Assembly: GCF_018350175.1 (NCBI RefSeq)
Contig: NC_058369.1
Location: forward strand, 17,548,001 to 17,612,000
Direction: 5' to 3'
DNA from: Felis catus
Taxonomy: Eukaryota
Length of the DNA stretch: 64,000 nt
Shown: one piece after another, positions 13,106 through 25,539 of the stretch
Layout of the letters: every line of letters begins with the position of its first letter
Position numbering within the stretch: position 1 is the stretch's first letter
Notes under the pieces: model-generated
What the model saw: the letters and a program-made list of their open reading frames with translations, nothing else
Told to the model about the DNA's origin: nothing
The model's database searches: none
Made by a program: the position numbers and the translations under genes

Positions 13106-15334
13106 GAGCACGTGTGTGTGTGCACCAGTTGGCAGAGAGAGAGGGAAGAGAGAGAATCCCAAGTAGGCTCCACGCCATCAGCACAGAGTCCTATGTGGGG
13201 CTCGAACTCGCAAATTGTGAGATCATGACCTGAGTGGAAATGAAGAGTTGGACACTTAACTGACTGTGCCCCCCAGACACCCCAAGTATATACTCTTTTG
13301 CATTCAGTTTCTTCATGCATCATGATGTTAGTGAGAATCACCCATACTGTTGTATATAATTATAGTTTGTTCAGTTTTTTATTCCTGAGTAGTATTCCAT
13401 TCTATGAATATACTACAGTATAGTTATTCTTTCACTGTTGATGGCTATTTGGGTAGTTTCCAGCTCATCCTTTTTTATTTTTTATTAAAAATCTTTTTTT
13501 AAGATTTTATTTATTTTTTATTATTATTTTAAAAATATTTATCTTTGAGAGAGAGCAAGCAAGGTGAGGGGCAGAGAGAGGGGGACAGAGGATTGCAAGT
13601 GGGCTCTGTGCTGACAGGCTGACAGCAGTGAGCCTGATGTGGGGCTTGAATTCACGAACCATGGGATCGTGACCTGAGCTGAAGTTGGATGCTCAACCAA
13701 CTGAGCCACCCAGGTGCCCCTAAAGATTTTATTTTTAAGTAATCTTTACACTCAATGTGGAGCTCAAACTCACAACCCTGAGATCAAGAGCCACATGCTC
13801 TACTGACTGAGCCATCCAAGCACCTCTCTACTTCATTCTTCTTAAAATGGCTGCACTGTAGGCCATAGAGTGGACATACCATTTCCCACGGACATGTTTG
13901 GATAATTTCTAGTTTCCCAACTAGTCCCAACAAAGCTTCAGTGAGCATCTTGGCTCATGCCTCCTCATGAACATCCTTGAATTCACATCCTTGAGGGAGG
14001 TCCTGAAAAGTGGGTCTCCAGGGGTCTTCAGTGGCCTGGGCTATATCAGGGCTTCTCCAAGTGAGCAGGTCCTAAGTGGCAGGTGTGGAGGGGATCACTG
14101 CTAACCTCCTTCCCCCTCAGAAGGCAAGGAAGCCTCTATGGAGGCTGGGTCTCTGATCCCTCACCTCAAAGTCCATATGGAAGGAATTCCTCCATGGAGA
14201 AGAGAATGACCTTCCATGCAGGTATAATATTTTTTTATTTCATAGACAAGGAGGAGGTATAGCTGGTGAAAATCTTAAGTTCACATGGTTGGGCAGGGAA
14301 CAGGATCAGAACCCAGGTCACTCAGCCCCAGCTCCTCCTAGTTCTCTTACACCACTTAGCTTCGATGGCTTAGAAATCCAGGGCTCCAGGGCTGGGTTGA
14401 AGGAGGTGTCTACACACAGGTGAGCCTGGGCTTTGTCCAAAGTTCAGGTTTTAAGTGCAGAGCATGATGGCAGAGAACAGCTGGCTCAACCAGACTGGGA
14501 GGGGGAATAGAGGAGGACTGGGAAAGGTGGGGGTCCAAAGTTGAGGATGAGGTAGTGATAACACTCTTGCACCAACCTCTGCGGACCCATCTGCTCCCAT
14601 CTCTTGGGCTGGTATCCTTTACTGGGTTAGGAGTGGGCATGGGAAGAGTGCCTAGAGCCCAACCTGACCATCTCAGGGCTTAGCTACCACAGCCTCTGAG
14701 ATCCTGACTCTACTCTCCTTTTGCTCTCTGCCTCCTTCTGGATCTCCAAGCAAGCACAGGGCCAAGGATATTGCAGGAAAATGGAGCCAGCATCCAGATG
14801 GACCAGTTCTACAGCTTGGCTTCTCAGTTATGCCTGAGGCAACGTGAGTTGGGTTCACACTCACTTGCTGCTGAGAGTGCCTACCAGGGCAGAATTTTCC
14901 CAAGAAAAGTCATAGCTAGTGAGAGGTAAACCAATGATTCAAACATACATCTTCCCGGCCCCAGAATCTAAGGTCCTGATCAACCCTTGGGGGTAGCTCC
15001 TCTCATTGTTGATAATAACAAAGCATCAGTATGGGCCAGCCACATTCCAAGTTCTTTACCTGCTTTGACTTCTTTATCAGACCTCATCCTTTCAACTACC
15101 TGAGGTCAGTATTTTCCAAGGCAATTTTACAAAGAGGGAAATGGAGGCACAGAGAAGTTGGGTAGCTACTTGCCCAAAAGAACACAGCAAGTAAGTGGCA
15201 GTGTGAGGACCTGAACTCGGGCACATTGGCTTCAACATCCATGCCCTAACCACTTTATGGCATGGTCTTCATCAGAACCCACTTCCCCAGAACCCATCCC
15301 ATCTGTTCTACCTCTGGGGAGCAGAGGATCCTCT

Positions 15335-15422
15335 TTTCTTTTTTCTTGTCTTGTCTTGTCTTGTCTTGTCTTGTCTCGTCTTGTCTTGTCTTGTCTTGTC
15401 TCTTCTCCTTTTTTTCCTTTTC

Positions 15423-15478
<56 letters not shown>

Positions 15479-15480
15479 TC
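15335..15480. repeat. Compound microsatellite (TCTTG)n-(TTTC)n
   Basis: Directly visible tandem repeats at a SINE tail; a second (TTTC/TTTTC)n run at 15660-15785. Confidence 0.95.
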
Positions 15481-15667
15481 ATTTTTAATTTTTTAGGTCT
15501 ATTTATTTATTTTGAGAGACGGCGAGAGAGAGAATTCCAATCAGGCTCCTCACCATCAGCACAGAGCCCAATTCGAGGCTCGAACTCATGAACCGTGAGA
15601 TCATGGCCTGAGCTGAAATCAAGAGTCTTATGGTTAACCAACTGAGTCACCCAGGTGTCCCTCTTTT

Positions 15668-15699
<32 letters not shown>

Positions 15700-15896
15700 T
15701 TTCTTTCTTTCTTTCTTTCTTTTCTTTTCTTTTCTTTTCTTTTCTTTTCTTTTCTTTTCTTTTCTTTTCTTTTCCTTTTCTTTCTTCCAATTAGTTAACA
15801 TACAGTATGATATTAGTTATTAGTATAATATGGTGATTCAACACTTCCATACATCACCTGCTCATCCCAAGTGCATTCCTTTAATGTTTATTTATT

Positions 15897-15935
<39 letters not shown>

Positions 15936-18900
15936 CGGAGCATGAATGGGGAGGGGCAGAGAGAGAGACACACACACACAGAATCCAAAGCAGGCTCCAG
16001 GCTCTGTGCTGTCAGCACAGAGCCTGATGCGGGGCTCAAACTTGCAAACTGTGAGATCATGACCTGATCCGAAGTTGGACATTTAACCAACTGAGCCACC
16101 CTGGTGCCCCCACTGAATAATTTTCTGATATGCCTTCTTTTAGTATCTTAAGAACACTGCTCTATTTTTCAGACTAAGCAATTCACAGAATCTAGCAAGT
16201 GTATCAACCAAAACAGTTCTTCAAACATTTTATACCATTTAGAGCACGTTACAGGAGTTGGTTTGAATATTTTGAAGACTTACGTGCAATTTTACTAGAT
16301 CTGCTTTTATTTCTCTTTATAATCAATTTGAACAGACATGGAAACATAATCTATTTTTTTTAAGTTTTATTTATTTTGAGAGAGAGGGAGAGAGAAAGAG
16401 AGAGAGTATGAGCAGGGGAGAGACAGAAGGAGAGAGACAATCCCAAGCAGGCTCTGCACCATCAGTGCAGAGCCCCATGTGGAACTTGAACTCACAAACC
16501 ATGAGATCATGACCTGAGCCGAAACCAAGAGTCAGGTGCTTAACTGCTTAACCTACTGAGCCACCCTGGTGCCCCAGAAACATAATCTAGAATGGTGAAC
16601 CTGAAAGAGGGAAACAGAGAGAGGGAGGCTGAGGACACAGGGAAGGTTGGGGTCCCTGGAGGCCTGGCCCCTCTAACATTCTCAGACCCCATGACTCCAC
16701 TCCTCCCCTCATCCCACAGCGTGACATGATATATGTTTTGGACAAGTCAGTAAATTTAGTCAACTGTGTGAATGGTTCATTTAGAAAATTAAAGTTTGGT
16801 CATTGACTCTAAGAGATTTTTTTTCTCCATTTGAATTTCTTTAAGTGTCCCTGATATCCCTCATGCTGTGAAATGTCCTAGCAAGGCTGTTCTGTCCTCG
16901 GCTCCCTTGGTGTTTGGGAATCCTCCCCACTCCCTCAACCTTCTGACCCATCTACCTTCTCTGCCCCGCTCAGACTTCAAACAAGCCCTGTTTCCTGCTC
17001 TGAGTCCCCACTGAGTCTCTTGAGGACCATGGTTCCCTCCCCCCCTGCCCCATCACTGCTTCCAACACTTATGTTCCCCTCTTGTCTCTTCACATGGCCC
17101 CTACTGGCCATTATGCCTTTGCCCAGGCTGTGTCCCTGGTCCTGGAGCTCTCTCTTTGAGTTCAGGATTACTCCCTCTGAGGTTCTTCCCCTGATGCTGT
17201 GGGCCTCTATAACTCTCTGGGGTAAAGGATAAAGAATAAAGCATCAACAGTAAGACCAGTTAGGGACAGTTTGTGTACTTTGGGCCCCCAGGGAGTGGCT
17301 GGGAGAATTCCTTCTGGGCCATTGGCAATTAAGGAGGACATCTTGGGGAGGTGTGATTTTGGCTGACCTTGAGAGATGGACTGAGTTTAAATATGCTGTG
17401 GGGTGAACCAGGGACACGCAGGAAGGGCAGAGGCGAGGCCTTAGCAAGGTTTACAGGTAGAGAAGCCAGTGTAGTGTTTCAAAACTTAGGGCCTTTATAT
17501 GTAGGTGGGAAGAATAGCAAGTGAGGAGGGTGAAGAGGTTGGCACATGATGGACAACCCTGAATGCCTGGCTAGAGGGCTAGACTTCGCCCCTGTGGTCC
17601 TGGGCTAGGGAGGTGACATGTGTAGTTCCACTCTTAATACTGTGCTCCTGGCAAACATTAAGAATCAATTAGAGGTACACCTGGAAGGTTCAGTCTGTAG
17701 AGCATACAACTCTTGATCTCGGAATTGTGAGTTTGAGCCCCACGTTGGGTGATGAGATTACTTAAAAATAAATCTTAGGGATGCCTGGGTGGCTCAGTCG
17801 GTTAAGCGTCCGATTTCGGCTCAGGTCATGATCTCACGGTCTGTGGGTTCGAGCCCTGCATCGGGCTCTGTGCTGACACCTCAGAGCCTGGAGCCTGCTT
17901 CCGATTCTGTGTCTCCCTCTCTCTCTGCCCCTCCCCTGCTCATGCTTTGTCTCTCTGTCGCAAAAATAAATAAAAAAATTTAAAAAAATCTTAAAAACAA
18001 CAAATTAAAAAAAAGAGTCAATTAGAATTACTTGTAATAACCAAAAAGTAGAAACAACTCAAATGTCCATCAATTGATATGTGGGTAAACAAAACGTGGT
18101 ATAACCATAGAATGGAATATTATTTGGCTGTAGAAATGAAGTGTCGATACCACACTATGGATGAACCTTGAAAACATCATGCTAAATGAAAGAAACCAAA
18201 CTGTTTATATGGAATGTTCAGAATAGGAAAATCCATAGAGACAGACAGTAAATTAGTGGTTGCCTAGGGCCGAGGGTGCAGCTTGGGGTGAAATGGGGAG
18301 TGACTGCCAACAGGGGGTTTCTTCTGGGGATAATGAAGATGTTTTAAAATGGACTGTGGTGGGGCACCTGGGTGGCTCAGTCAGTTGAGCGTCTCACTTC
18401 GGCTCAGGTCATGATCTCACAGTGAGTTTGAGCCCCGCATCAGGCTCTTTGCTGTCAGCGTGGAGCCCGCTTCAGACACTGTGTCCCCCTCTCTCTCTGC
18501 CCCTCCCTTACTTGCGCTCTCTCTCTCAAAAAAACAAAATTAAAATAATGAAACTAAATAAAATTGTGGTGATGGCTACACAACTCTGTGAATGTAGTAA
18601 AAATCACTATAATGATTTACGCTTTAAATGGGTGAACTGTGTGGCATGTCGGTTACAGCTCACTAAAACTCTTACAGAAAGAGAGTTGATTTGGGAGCAG
18701 ATGCCTGCTTTCCAATCCCTACAGCCACAGGCAGCGGGTGCGAGTTACAGGTGCATGCTGCCCTGCCCTCAGGAGAGAGAGAAGACTATGGTCATGGGCC
18801 AGTCCTGACTTCAGTGATGTCACTCTGGGGGGTTCTGTGGTGGGGGGGGGGGGCTGGAAGGGAAGGCTGAAAGAGGGGGCTGTCTTCTCTCCTGCTCTTG

Positions 18901-21862
18901 CACTGTCCCCAGCCACCTGGAGGCACAGAAATGTTGGAGCTGCACAGGGTTTATGGATCACTGACAAGGGAAGAGGCTAGGAATGGGGAATGGCCCAGGG
19001 TAAGGTCACCTGGCAAGAAGGAGGGGCTGTCCAGGTCAGAAGCGGGAGGTCTCATCTTCCTAATTGGCAGCAAATGTGCAGAAATCTGGTTTTACAAGAT
19101 TTACAAAATCAGGGAAATCTGATTTTACAAGGGTCCCTGGCCAGGGTGGGTATTCCTGCACAGGACAGGGTGTGATTGCTTACAGCTGCCTTGGCCTCTC
19201 CCAGGAGGACACATGCTTTGATTGGACACTTCCTGCTCCCCTTCCCCTTGCAACCACCACCGAGGAAAGACAGATGGGCCCTGGGAGCTGACATCTAGGC
19301 AATATCTGGGTCTCCGCCTGGACAGAGCCTCCACCTCCCTGGACACCATGCCCCAGGACCCTCTTGGGAGGGTCCCCAAGGAAACAAGGGCATATCTGCT
19401 GGAAATTACCTATCACCACCCCATGCTGTGTAGTTTTTTGTTTTTGTTTTTTTTTAATTAAAAATTTTTTTATGTTTATTCATTTTTGAAAGAGAGACAG
19501 AGTACAGCAGGGGTGGGGTGGAGAGAGGTGGGGGACACAGAATCTGAAGCAGGATCCAGGCTCTGAGCTGTCAGCACAGAGCCCGACGCGGGGCTCCAAC
19601 TCACAAACCGTGAGATTATGACCTGAGCCGAAGTCGGATGCTCAACCAACTGAGTCACCCAGGCGCCCCTAGTTTTTTGGGGTTTTTTGACAAATGTTTT
19701 CTGAACCTGGCTTAGGACCTGCTGGCTGCTGGACCCCTTTGAGCACAGAGCCCGGTGCTGAGTCCTGAGAGGAGACTCAAAGAAGAAATGGGTCCTGTCC
19801 CCTGGGGAACCTGTGGGCTGAAGGGAATAGAGAGTCTTGTCCTCTGTCTGTGGGACAAACTTGTCACATTTGCAAAGCCCTTGCCTGGGAGGAGGTATAG
19901 CCTCACCACAGGGAGGCTGGACAGAAGGGATGACTTGGGGAGTCCCAGTCTGAGGGGGGCAGCTCAGGACTTCATGACTATCCTGGGAACTAGCCTGAGA
20001 CTAAAGGTAAGGGTGGTGGGTTGCCTCCCACCCTGGTATTGGGTGTGGGGTGCATTGTGGAGGATGCCGACTGGGGGTGATATTGGGACAGACCTCCTGG
20101 GGAGGCTGACTCTGAGTGGAAATGTGACAGGAGCCTGGGGCAGTGGGCGGTGTTGTTGGCAAAGAGGGCACAGCTCCCAGACTTGCATGTGTGCATGTAT
20201 CTGTTGGGGGACAGTTGAACTCTGCTCATTGCAGAGCAAGGAGACTTGACCCTGACCTCACTCACAGAAGTGCCCTGGGAGCACAGGACTTGACAGTAAA
20301 CATGCACTTTTGCACCCACTGTCACGTGTGTCCCCATGCGGGCAGTGCAGGGCATGTAATCCCCATCCTAAAGACGTGGCCCAGGAAAACAAAGTAACTT
20401 GCTCAAAGTCACACAGCTAGGAAATGATGCCAGGTCTCCTGGCAGTACAGTCCTTCAGGTGAGAGAAAGGCACACAATGGGAATTGTGGAGTCTGGGCAG
20501 AACCGCTATAAAGGCCCTGATGTGAAGCCCTGCTTGACCAAGAGGCCAGTGGGGCAATAGCTGGACTGTGAAACTAGGTTGCACAGAAGCCTGTTTCTCC
20601 TTCCTTTTCCCAAGGCTGAGTGTGCAACCAGCAACATTCATCCAGGCTGCCACCTTCCGAGGTGCCCCACCCAAGCCCCCAAGAGTCCTACGGACCAACT
20701 GGAGCCAAGAGCCACCCCAGGCCTCACAGCCTCATGGCCGTTCCACAGGAGAGCTGGGACTAGCGTTTGCCTCATGGCCTCTGGACCCATCCATCTCTTT
20801 GGCTAATCACTTCTCCCAGCTATGCTTTCTCCACACCCGCCCCCCTCCCAGAATGGGCCACCCCAGCCTGGTGTCTCAACCAGAGCACTGAACAGGGAGT
20901 CATTTGGGGTCAATTCAGAGGAGACTTCCTGGAGGAAGCAAAGAGGAGCAAAGAGGAGGAGGTTGCTGTGTCTGGTGGGAGGTCAGGGAAGTCTTCACAA
21001 GGTGAAGAGTGTGCCAACCAGAGGGATCAGGTGCAGAGGTAGAGAAAGAGAAGGAGGCTCAGAGGGGTCTGAGCAGTTGGAGTCTATATGGCTTCCTGGT
21101 GCCTGGGGTGTGCAGGAATGATCACACTTCAGAGGAGAGAAGATGATGGTAGGAACCAGAACAGGGGTATGTGTGTCGGTGGGGATCAGAAGGGAGTGTC
21201 CCCAGGAGAAGGAGCAGGTGGGGCACTCCCCAAGCTTTCATCTCAAGGTTCATGCAGTGGCACCGAGCAAAACAGACCAGGTGGCCCTGGGGACAACCAG
21301 GGGTGTTCATGGGAGTCTTGAATTCAGAGATGCAGACAAGGTCTGTCTGTGACAACTGGTGCCCTGAGAGGGGTGTCTCCAGGGAGGTGTGAGGGCTGGA
21401 AACAGAAGCATCTCAGGATACAACTCTGCAAGCCCCCATGTTAAGAGGAGGGGCTTTGGAGGAGACTGAGAGAGCACCAAGGAGGTGGGAGGGAAACCAG
21501 GAGAGTGGCATCAGGGGACAATGGAGCAGGGGTCATTAGTGCCTGCATAGGTAAAGCTAAGGCTTGAGAGTAACCACCACATCCATCGAGGTCTGGTCAG
21601 CCTGCAGTGGCCCTGAGTGTGAGAGAGAGTGAAGAAGTGGGTCAGTGAGGGAATGACCTTTTCCCAGGCTCAGGTGGTGAGGAGCCAGGGCAACGGGCCA
21701 CATCTGATGGTGGCTGGGGCCATTTTTAGACTGAGAAACGCAGCAGAAAAGAACCCAGGAAAAGGAGACAGACAGAGCTGAGCGCCTGAACTGGTTGAGG
21801 GCTGGGTCCAGAGAATAGGATGTTGTGGCCTTGCAGGTCTCCCTTAGGACTGACTGGGTGGG

Positions 21863-22260
21863 CCACCTCACACCAGCCAGAGTGGCTAAAATTAACAACT
21901 CAGGAAATAGCTGATGTTGGCAAGGATGTGGAGAAAGCGGAACCCTCTTGTACTGTTGGTGGGAATGCACCAGTGGAGCAGCCACTCTGGAAAACAGTGT
22001 GGAGGTTCCTCAAAAAATTAAAGATTGAATTACCCTACAACCCAGCAATAGCACTACTAGGAATTTATCCAAATGATAAATTTGGATATATTTATATATC
22101 TCAGCAGTGAGAATGAAATCTTGCCATTTGCAACCACATGGATGGAACTGGAGGGTATTATGCTAAGTGAAATAAGTCAGTCAGAGAAAGACAGATACCA
22201 TATGTTTTCACTCATATGTGGAAGTTGAGAAACTTAACAGAAGACCATGGGGGAAGGGAA
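21863..22260 (+). mobile_element. Truncated, internally deleted L1 fragment about 500 bp upstream of CAMP
   Basis: L1 ORF2 3' sequence ([29 protein letters not shown]) and 3'UTR start; 17-bp direct repeat AGGACTGACTGGGTGGG at 21846-21862 and 22261-22277. Confidence 0.9.
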
Positions 22261-22554
22261 AGGACTGACTGGGTGGGTCAGGCTCTAGATGAGGGGTGGT
22301 TACTATTATTCATTCATCAAACATTAGCTGAGTGCCTACTGGGTGCTAGGCAGTGCCTAGAGCTGGAGATTGAATGGTGAATACACTATATTACCCTGAT
22401 TCCTGAGGAGGCCATCTGGGGAGAAGGATGTAGGTGCCTGTCTTCCTTTCTCTTCTGGAGGACTCAACTCTCTTGAGCAACCCTGGCAATGACCTGCCTC
22501 TGTGGGTCCCAGGAGAGGCCAAGACATTGTCAGGGAGATGGAGAAACTATTTCT

Positions 22555-22758
22555 TCAGTTGCACATAAGGTGGACTTTGCCCACTGCCCAGCAAGCCCTG
22601 TGAGGCAACAGCAGTAGGTGTGAGGCAAGCCTGAGCCCACATCCGGGCAGGCAGCTGTGATGGGCGGGTCAGGAAGGCTCCTGTTTGGATCTTTGCATCA
22701 GGCCCAGGCTGGGCATAAAGGAGGGACTTGCAGGTGGGGAGGAGGCCGACTGGGGACC
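22555..22758 (+). promoter_or_regulatory. CAMP proximal promoter: TATA-like CATAAA (22714-22719) and C/EBP-like motifs
   Basis: CATAAA about 40 nt upstream of the ATG; TTGCAC at 22559, GTGAGGCAA at 22600 and 22620, TTGCATCA at 22693; CAMP is a known C/EBP target in myeloid cells. Confidence 0.65.
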
Positions 22759-22956
22759 ATGGAGACCCAGAGGGACAGCCCTTCCTTGGGGCGGTGGTCA
22801 CTGTTGCTACTGCTGTTGGGCCTGGTTATCACTCCAGCCACCCCCCAGACCCTTAGCTACGAGGAAGCTGTGCTCCGTGCTGTGGATGGCTTCAACCAGC
22901 GGTCCTCAGAGAAGAATCTCTACCGTCTCCTTCAGCAGGACTCACAGCCCGAGGGA
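22759..22956 (+). CDS. CAMP: CAMP exon 1 coding part (signal peptide and start of cathelin, 66 aa)
   Basis: gaccATGg Kozak context; [34 protein letters not shown]...DSQPEG; donor GTGAGT at 22957. Confidence 0.97.
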
Positions 22957-24855
22957 GTGAGTCGAGGAGGGGATGGAGGGGAGGGAGGTTCTGCTCCAGC
23001 CAGTCTTGGCCATACTGTCCCTCCCATTGTTAGCACTTTGTTCATGTCAGGAACCCCCCCTCCCTTAAGTGTGATCGCACCTCTTTCAGGAGACCTTCCC
23101 AGAGCTGTACCCCCCATCAGCACGAGTGCTTCTTGTCTCAGAATCTCTGCTTCTTGCCTTAGAATCTCTATTATGTTGGGGCACCTGGGTGGCTCCGTCG
23201 GTTAAGCATCCAACTTTGGCTGAAGTCATGATCTCATAGTTCGTGGGTTCAAGCCCCGCATCAGGCTCTGTGCTGACAGCTCAGAGCCTGGAGCCTGCCT
23301 CAGATTCTGGGTATTCCTCTCACTCTGCCCCTCTCCTGCTCATGCTCTGTCTCTCTGTCTCTCAAAAATAAACATTTAAAAATTAAAAAAAAAAAAAAAG
23401 AATCTCTACTGTGTGAAGAGGTGCCCCCCACCCTTACTCCCTCCCATTCAGGCTTCTGGAAGTTCCAGGGACAAAAGTGGGGTTACTGGCCCTGGGATGT
23501 GACTTCCCTGGAATGGCTCTGCTCAGCCTTGAGATTCCAGTGGCAATGTTTTGTCCCCAGGAGGCCCCTGCTTTCCCTTGGCTCCCTAAGGGGGAGGTGC
23601 TATTCATTAGAGCTTTCCTGAGGTCCTCTCCTGCTCTCTCAGCTTGGTGAGGGCAGGAATGGGCTTTGTCATCCTCATCTCCGTACCTTAGCACAGAGCC
23701 AGCGTCAGGCACATAGCAGGGGCTGTTGTAAGGCTACCCTCTTCGCTGGGTGGCTCGGGATGGGGCAGGGAGACAGATTAGTGAAGGCAACCATGAGCCT
23801 GAGTCTGGTCTTCCTGCTTGCTTCCCTGACCAGGACGGGGATCCAAACACCCCGAAGCCTGTGAGTTTCAAAGTGAAGGAGACTGTGTGCCCCAAGACGA
23901 CACAGAGGCCACTGGAGCAGTGTGATTTCAAGGACAATGGGGTGAGGCTGGGGGCTCTGGCAGAAGCCCCCAAATGAGCTGAACAAGAGGCCTCCTGGGA
24001 ATATTTCCAGGCACTGGGGTGAGGCTGGGAGGTTATGGCATAGGGGTTCCAATTTGACCTGGAGCCTCCTCTTCTCAGCTGGTGAAGCAGTGTGAAGGGA
24101 CAGTCATCCTGGACCGGAACAGGGGCTACTTTGACATCAACTGTGATGAGGTGAGTGGCTCCCTGTAGGTTGCAGGGGTTGATGGGGTGGTGGTACGTAG
24201 AACATCCTATGGGCCAATTAACCTCTGTCCCATCCAGGGCACAGAAAGCCCCTCCTAGCCTGGGCTTCTCCCTCAAGCTGGGCCTCATCTCCAGGACCTC
24301 ACAGGCTCTGTGATCCCTTAGTACAGGCTCTCAAAGTGTGGCCGTGAGAACTCGGTAATTTATTAGCAATGCAACTTCTCAGGCCCCATGCAGATCTGCA
24401 GAATCAGATTCTGGGGTGGGGCCCAGCAATATGTAGTTTAACAAACTCCAGGGGATCCTGACTCCTGATAAAGCTTGAGAACCACTTAGAGTAATATGCT
24501 TTCAGCTGTGAGACCCTGGGAAGCCCCTTGCTATCTCTGGGCTTCAGTTTCCTCATCTGTTTGTGGGTGTGGCGATTCAATCAACTACATACTCCAAAGG
24601 TTACAGCCAGAGGATGAACTGGGATGGCCCAAGAAGGGGGGTGTCTAGGAGGGGAGGGGTCTTGTCTTGACCCTGGGTCCAGCCCCCACAAAGAAACTGC
24701 TTCCTTCTGATGCACAGATTCTACAAGTCAGGAAATTGGGCCAGCTGGGTGAGCTTATCCAACAAGGTGGGCAGAAGATTGTTGAGAAGATTCAGAAAAT
24801 TGGCCAGAGAATCCGTGACTTTTTTAGCAATCTTCGCCCCAGGCAAGAGGCCTAA
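22759..24855 (+). CDS. CAMP: Cathelicidin antimicrobial peptide precursor (feCath), 4 exons, 171 aa: join(22759..22956,23834..23941,24079..24150,24718..24855)
   Basis: METQR signal peptide, cathelin domain ([39 protein letters not shown]; four Cys), all phase-0 GT-AG introns, typical 4-exon layout, amphipathic C-terminal peptide. Confidence 0.98.
23178..23398 (+). mobile_element. Can-SINE in CAMP intron 1
   Basis: Full SINE flanked by AGAATCTCTA(T/C)T(A/G)TGT (23161-23176 and 23399-23414). Confidence 0.95.
23834..23941 (+). CDS. CAMP: CAMP exon 2 (36 aa)
   Basis: Acceptor ccctgacc[38 protein letters not shown]; donor GTGAGG at 23942. Confidence 0.97.
24079..24150 (+). CDS. CAMP: CAMP exon 3 (24 aa)
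   Basis: Acceptor cttctc[26 protein letters not shown]; donor GTGAGT at 24151. Confidence 0.96.
24320..24486. mobile_element. MER5A-like hAT element in CAMP intron 3, followed by a MIR fragment (about 24500-24570)
   Basis: CTCAAAGTGTGG ... GCAGAATCAGATTCTGGGGTGGGGCCCAGCAAT ... TTGAGAACCACT; MIR core CTTCAGTTTCCTCATCTGT. Confidence 0.75.
24718..24855 (+). CDS. CAMP: CAMP exon 4 coding part (processing site and mature peptide [37 protein letters not shown] at 24742-24852)
   Basis: Acceptor tgcac[15 protein letters not shown]...RQEA then [16 protein letters not shown] resembles LL-37 RIVQRIKDFLRNL. Confidence 0.97.
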   Translation: MLQVRKLGQLGELIQQGGQKIVEKIQKIGQRIRDFFSNLRPRQEA

Positions 24856-24895
24856 GGGTCTGCTTTTCCCTGGCTCAGGCTTCTGGACCCTGCAA

Positions 24896-24901
24896 AATAA
24901 A
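24896..24901 (+). terminator. CAMP polyadenylation signal AATAAA
   Basis: AATAAA 40 nt after the stop codon, followed by U/GU-rich sequence. Confidence 0.85.
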
Positions 24902-25539
24902 TTTTTGTGAAAGCAACTTCCTCAGGTCTTCAATTGTACTTTTCTGTCTCCTCCCACTTACCATGACTTGAATCCTGAATTCCGGGAGGACGTGTGTGTG
25001 TGTGTGTGTCCACGCAAAACACAAAGGTGGAGCAGCTATTTCACCCAGAAGGGCACGGGGTGAGGTGGCAGGTCCAGGAAAAGTGGCTCCATTCTCAGGG
25101 TCCTTCTCCCATGCCCATCACATGCTTCCCACCAGCCTCGTTGAACACCCAGTGTGACTTAAGGAGATCTACCCTGTGTGCAGTGGTAGTGTGGATGTGC
25201 AGAGCTGTTCCTACTCCTATGGAGGTGAAAGCCACTTTGTTAAACACAGAGACACAGGTCAGTCTCATGGCTGGCTGGGTTCTAAGGCCAGCCTGCTGGT
25301 ACATTTCCCATCAAGTTCCAGTTCCCTTCCAACATCTTAATTCTGGAAAAGCCCACCACTTCTGGCATCTCCTCTGGCATGGGAAAACTCACTGTTTCTT
25401 TAGCTGGGCAGCAGATTTAAGTTGTGGGCTTGTGTTTAGCGATCAAATAGCACCAACATTTTGTACCATTCAAAGCAAGAGTCTTGCTCAGGGGGCTGAA
25501 GAGCTCTGGCTAGGAGAGACAAGCAGGGTGACGCACTCT

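Noticed and set aside
22261..22285. Possible VDRE (DR3) upstream of CAMP
   Set aside because: Only one GGGTCA half-site (22275-22280); the DR3-spaced partner TGACTG does not fit. There is no Alu in this lineage.
1..22500. Additional cathelicidin paralogues or pseudogenes, as in ruminant clusters
   Set aside because: No second cathelin motif found by eye on either strand; very decayed copies cannot be excluded without a search.
22657..23205. 182-aa ORF extending CAMP exon 1 at both ends
   Set aside because: The upstream start lies before the TATA-like box, and the 3' part is intron 1 read-through past a consensus donor.
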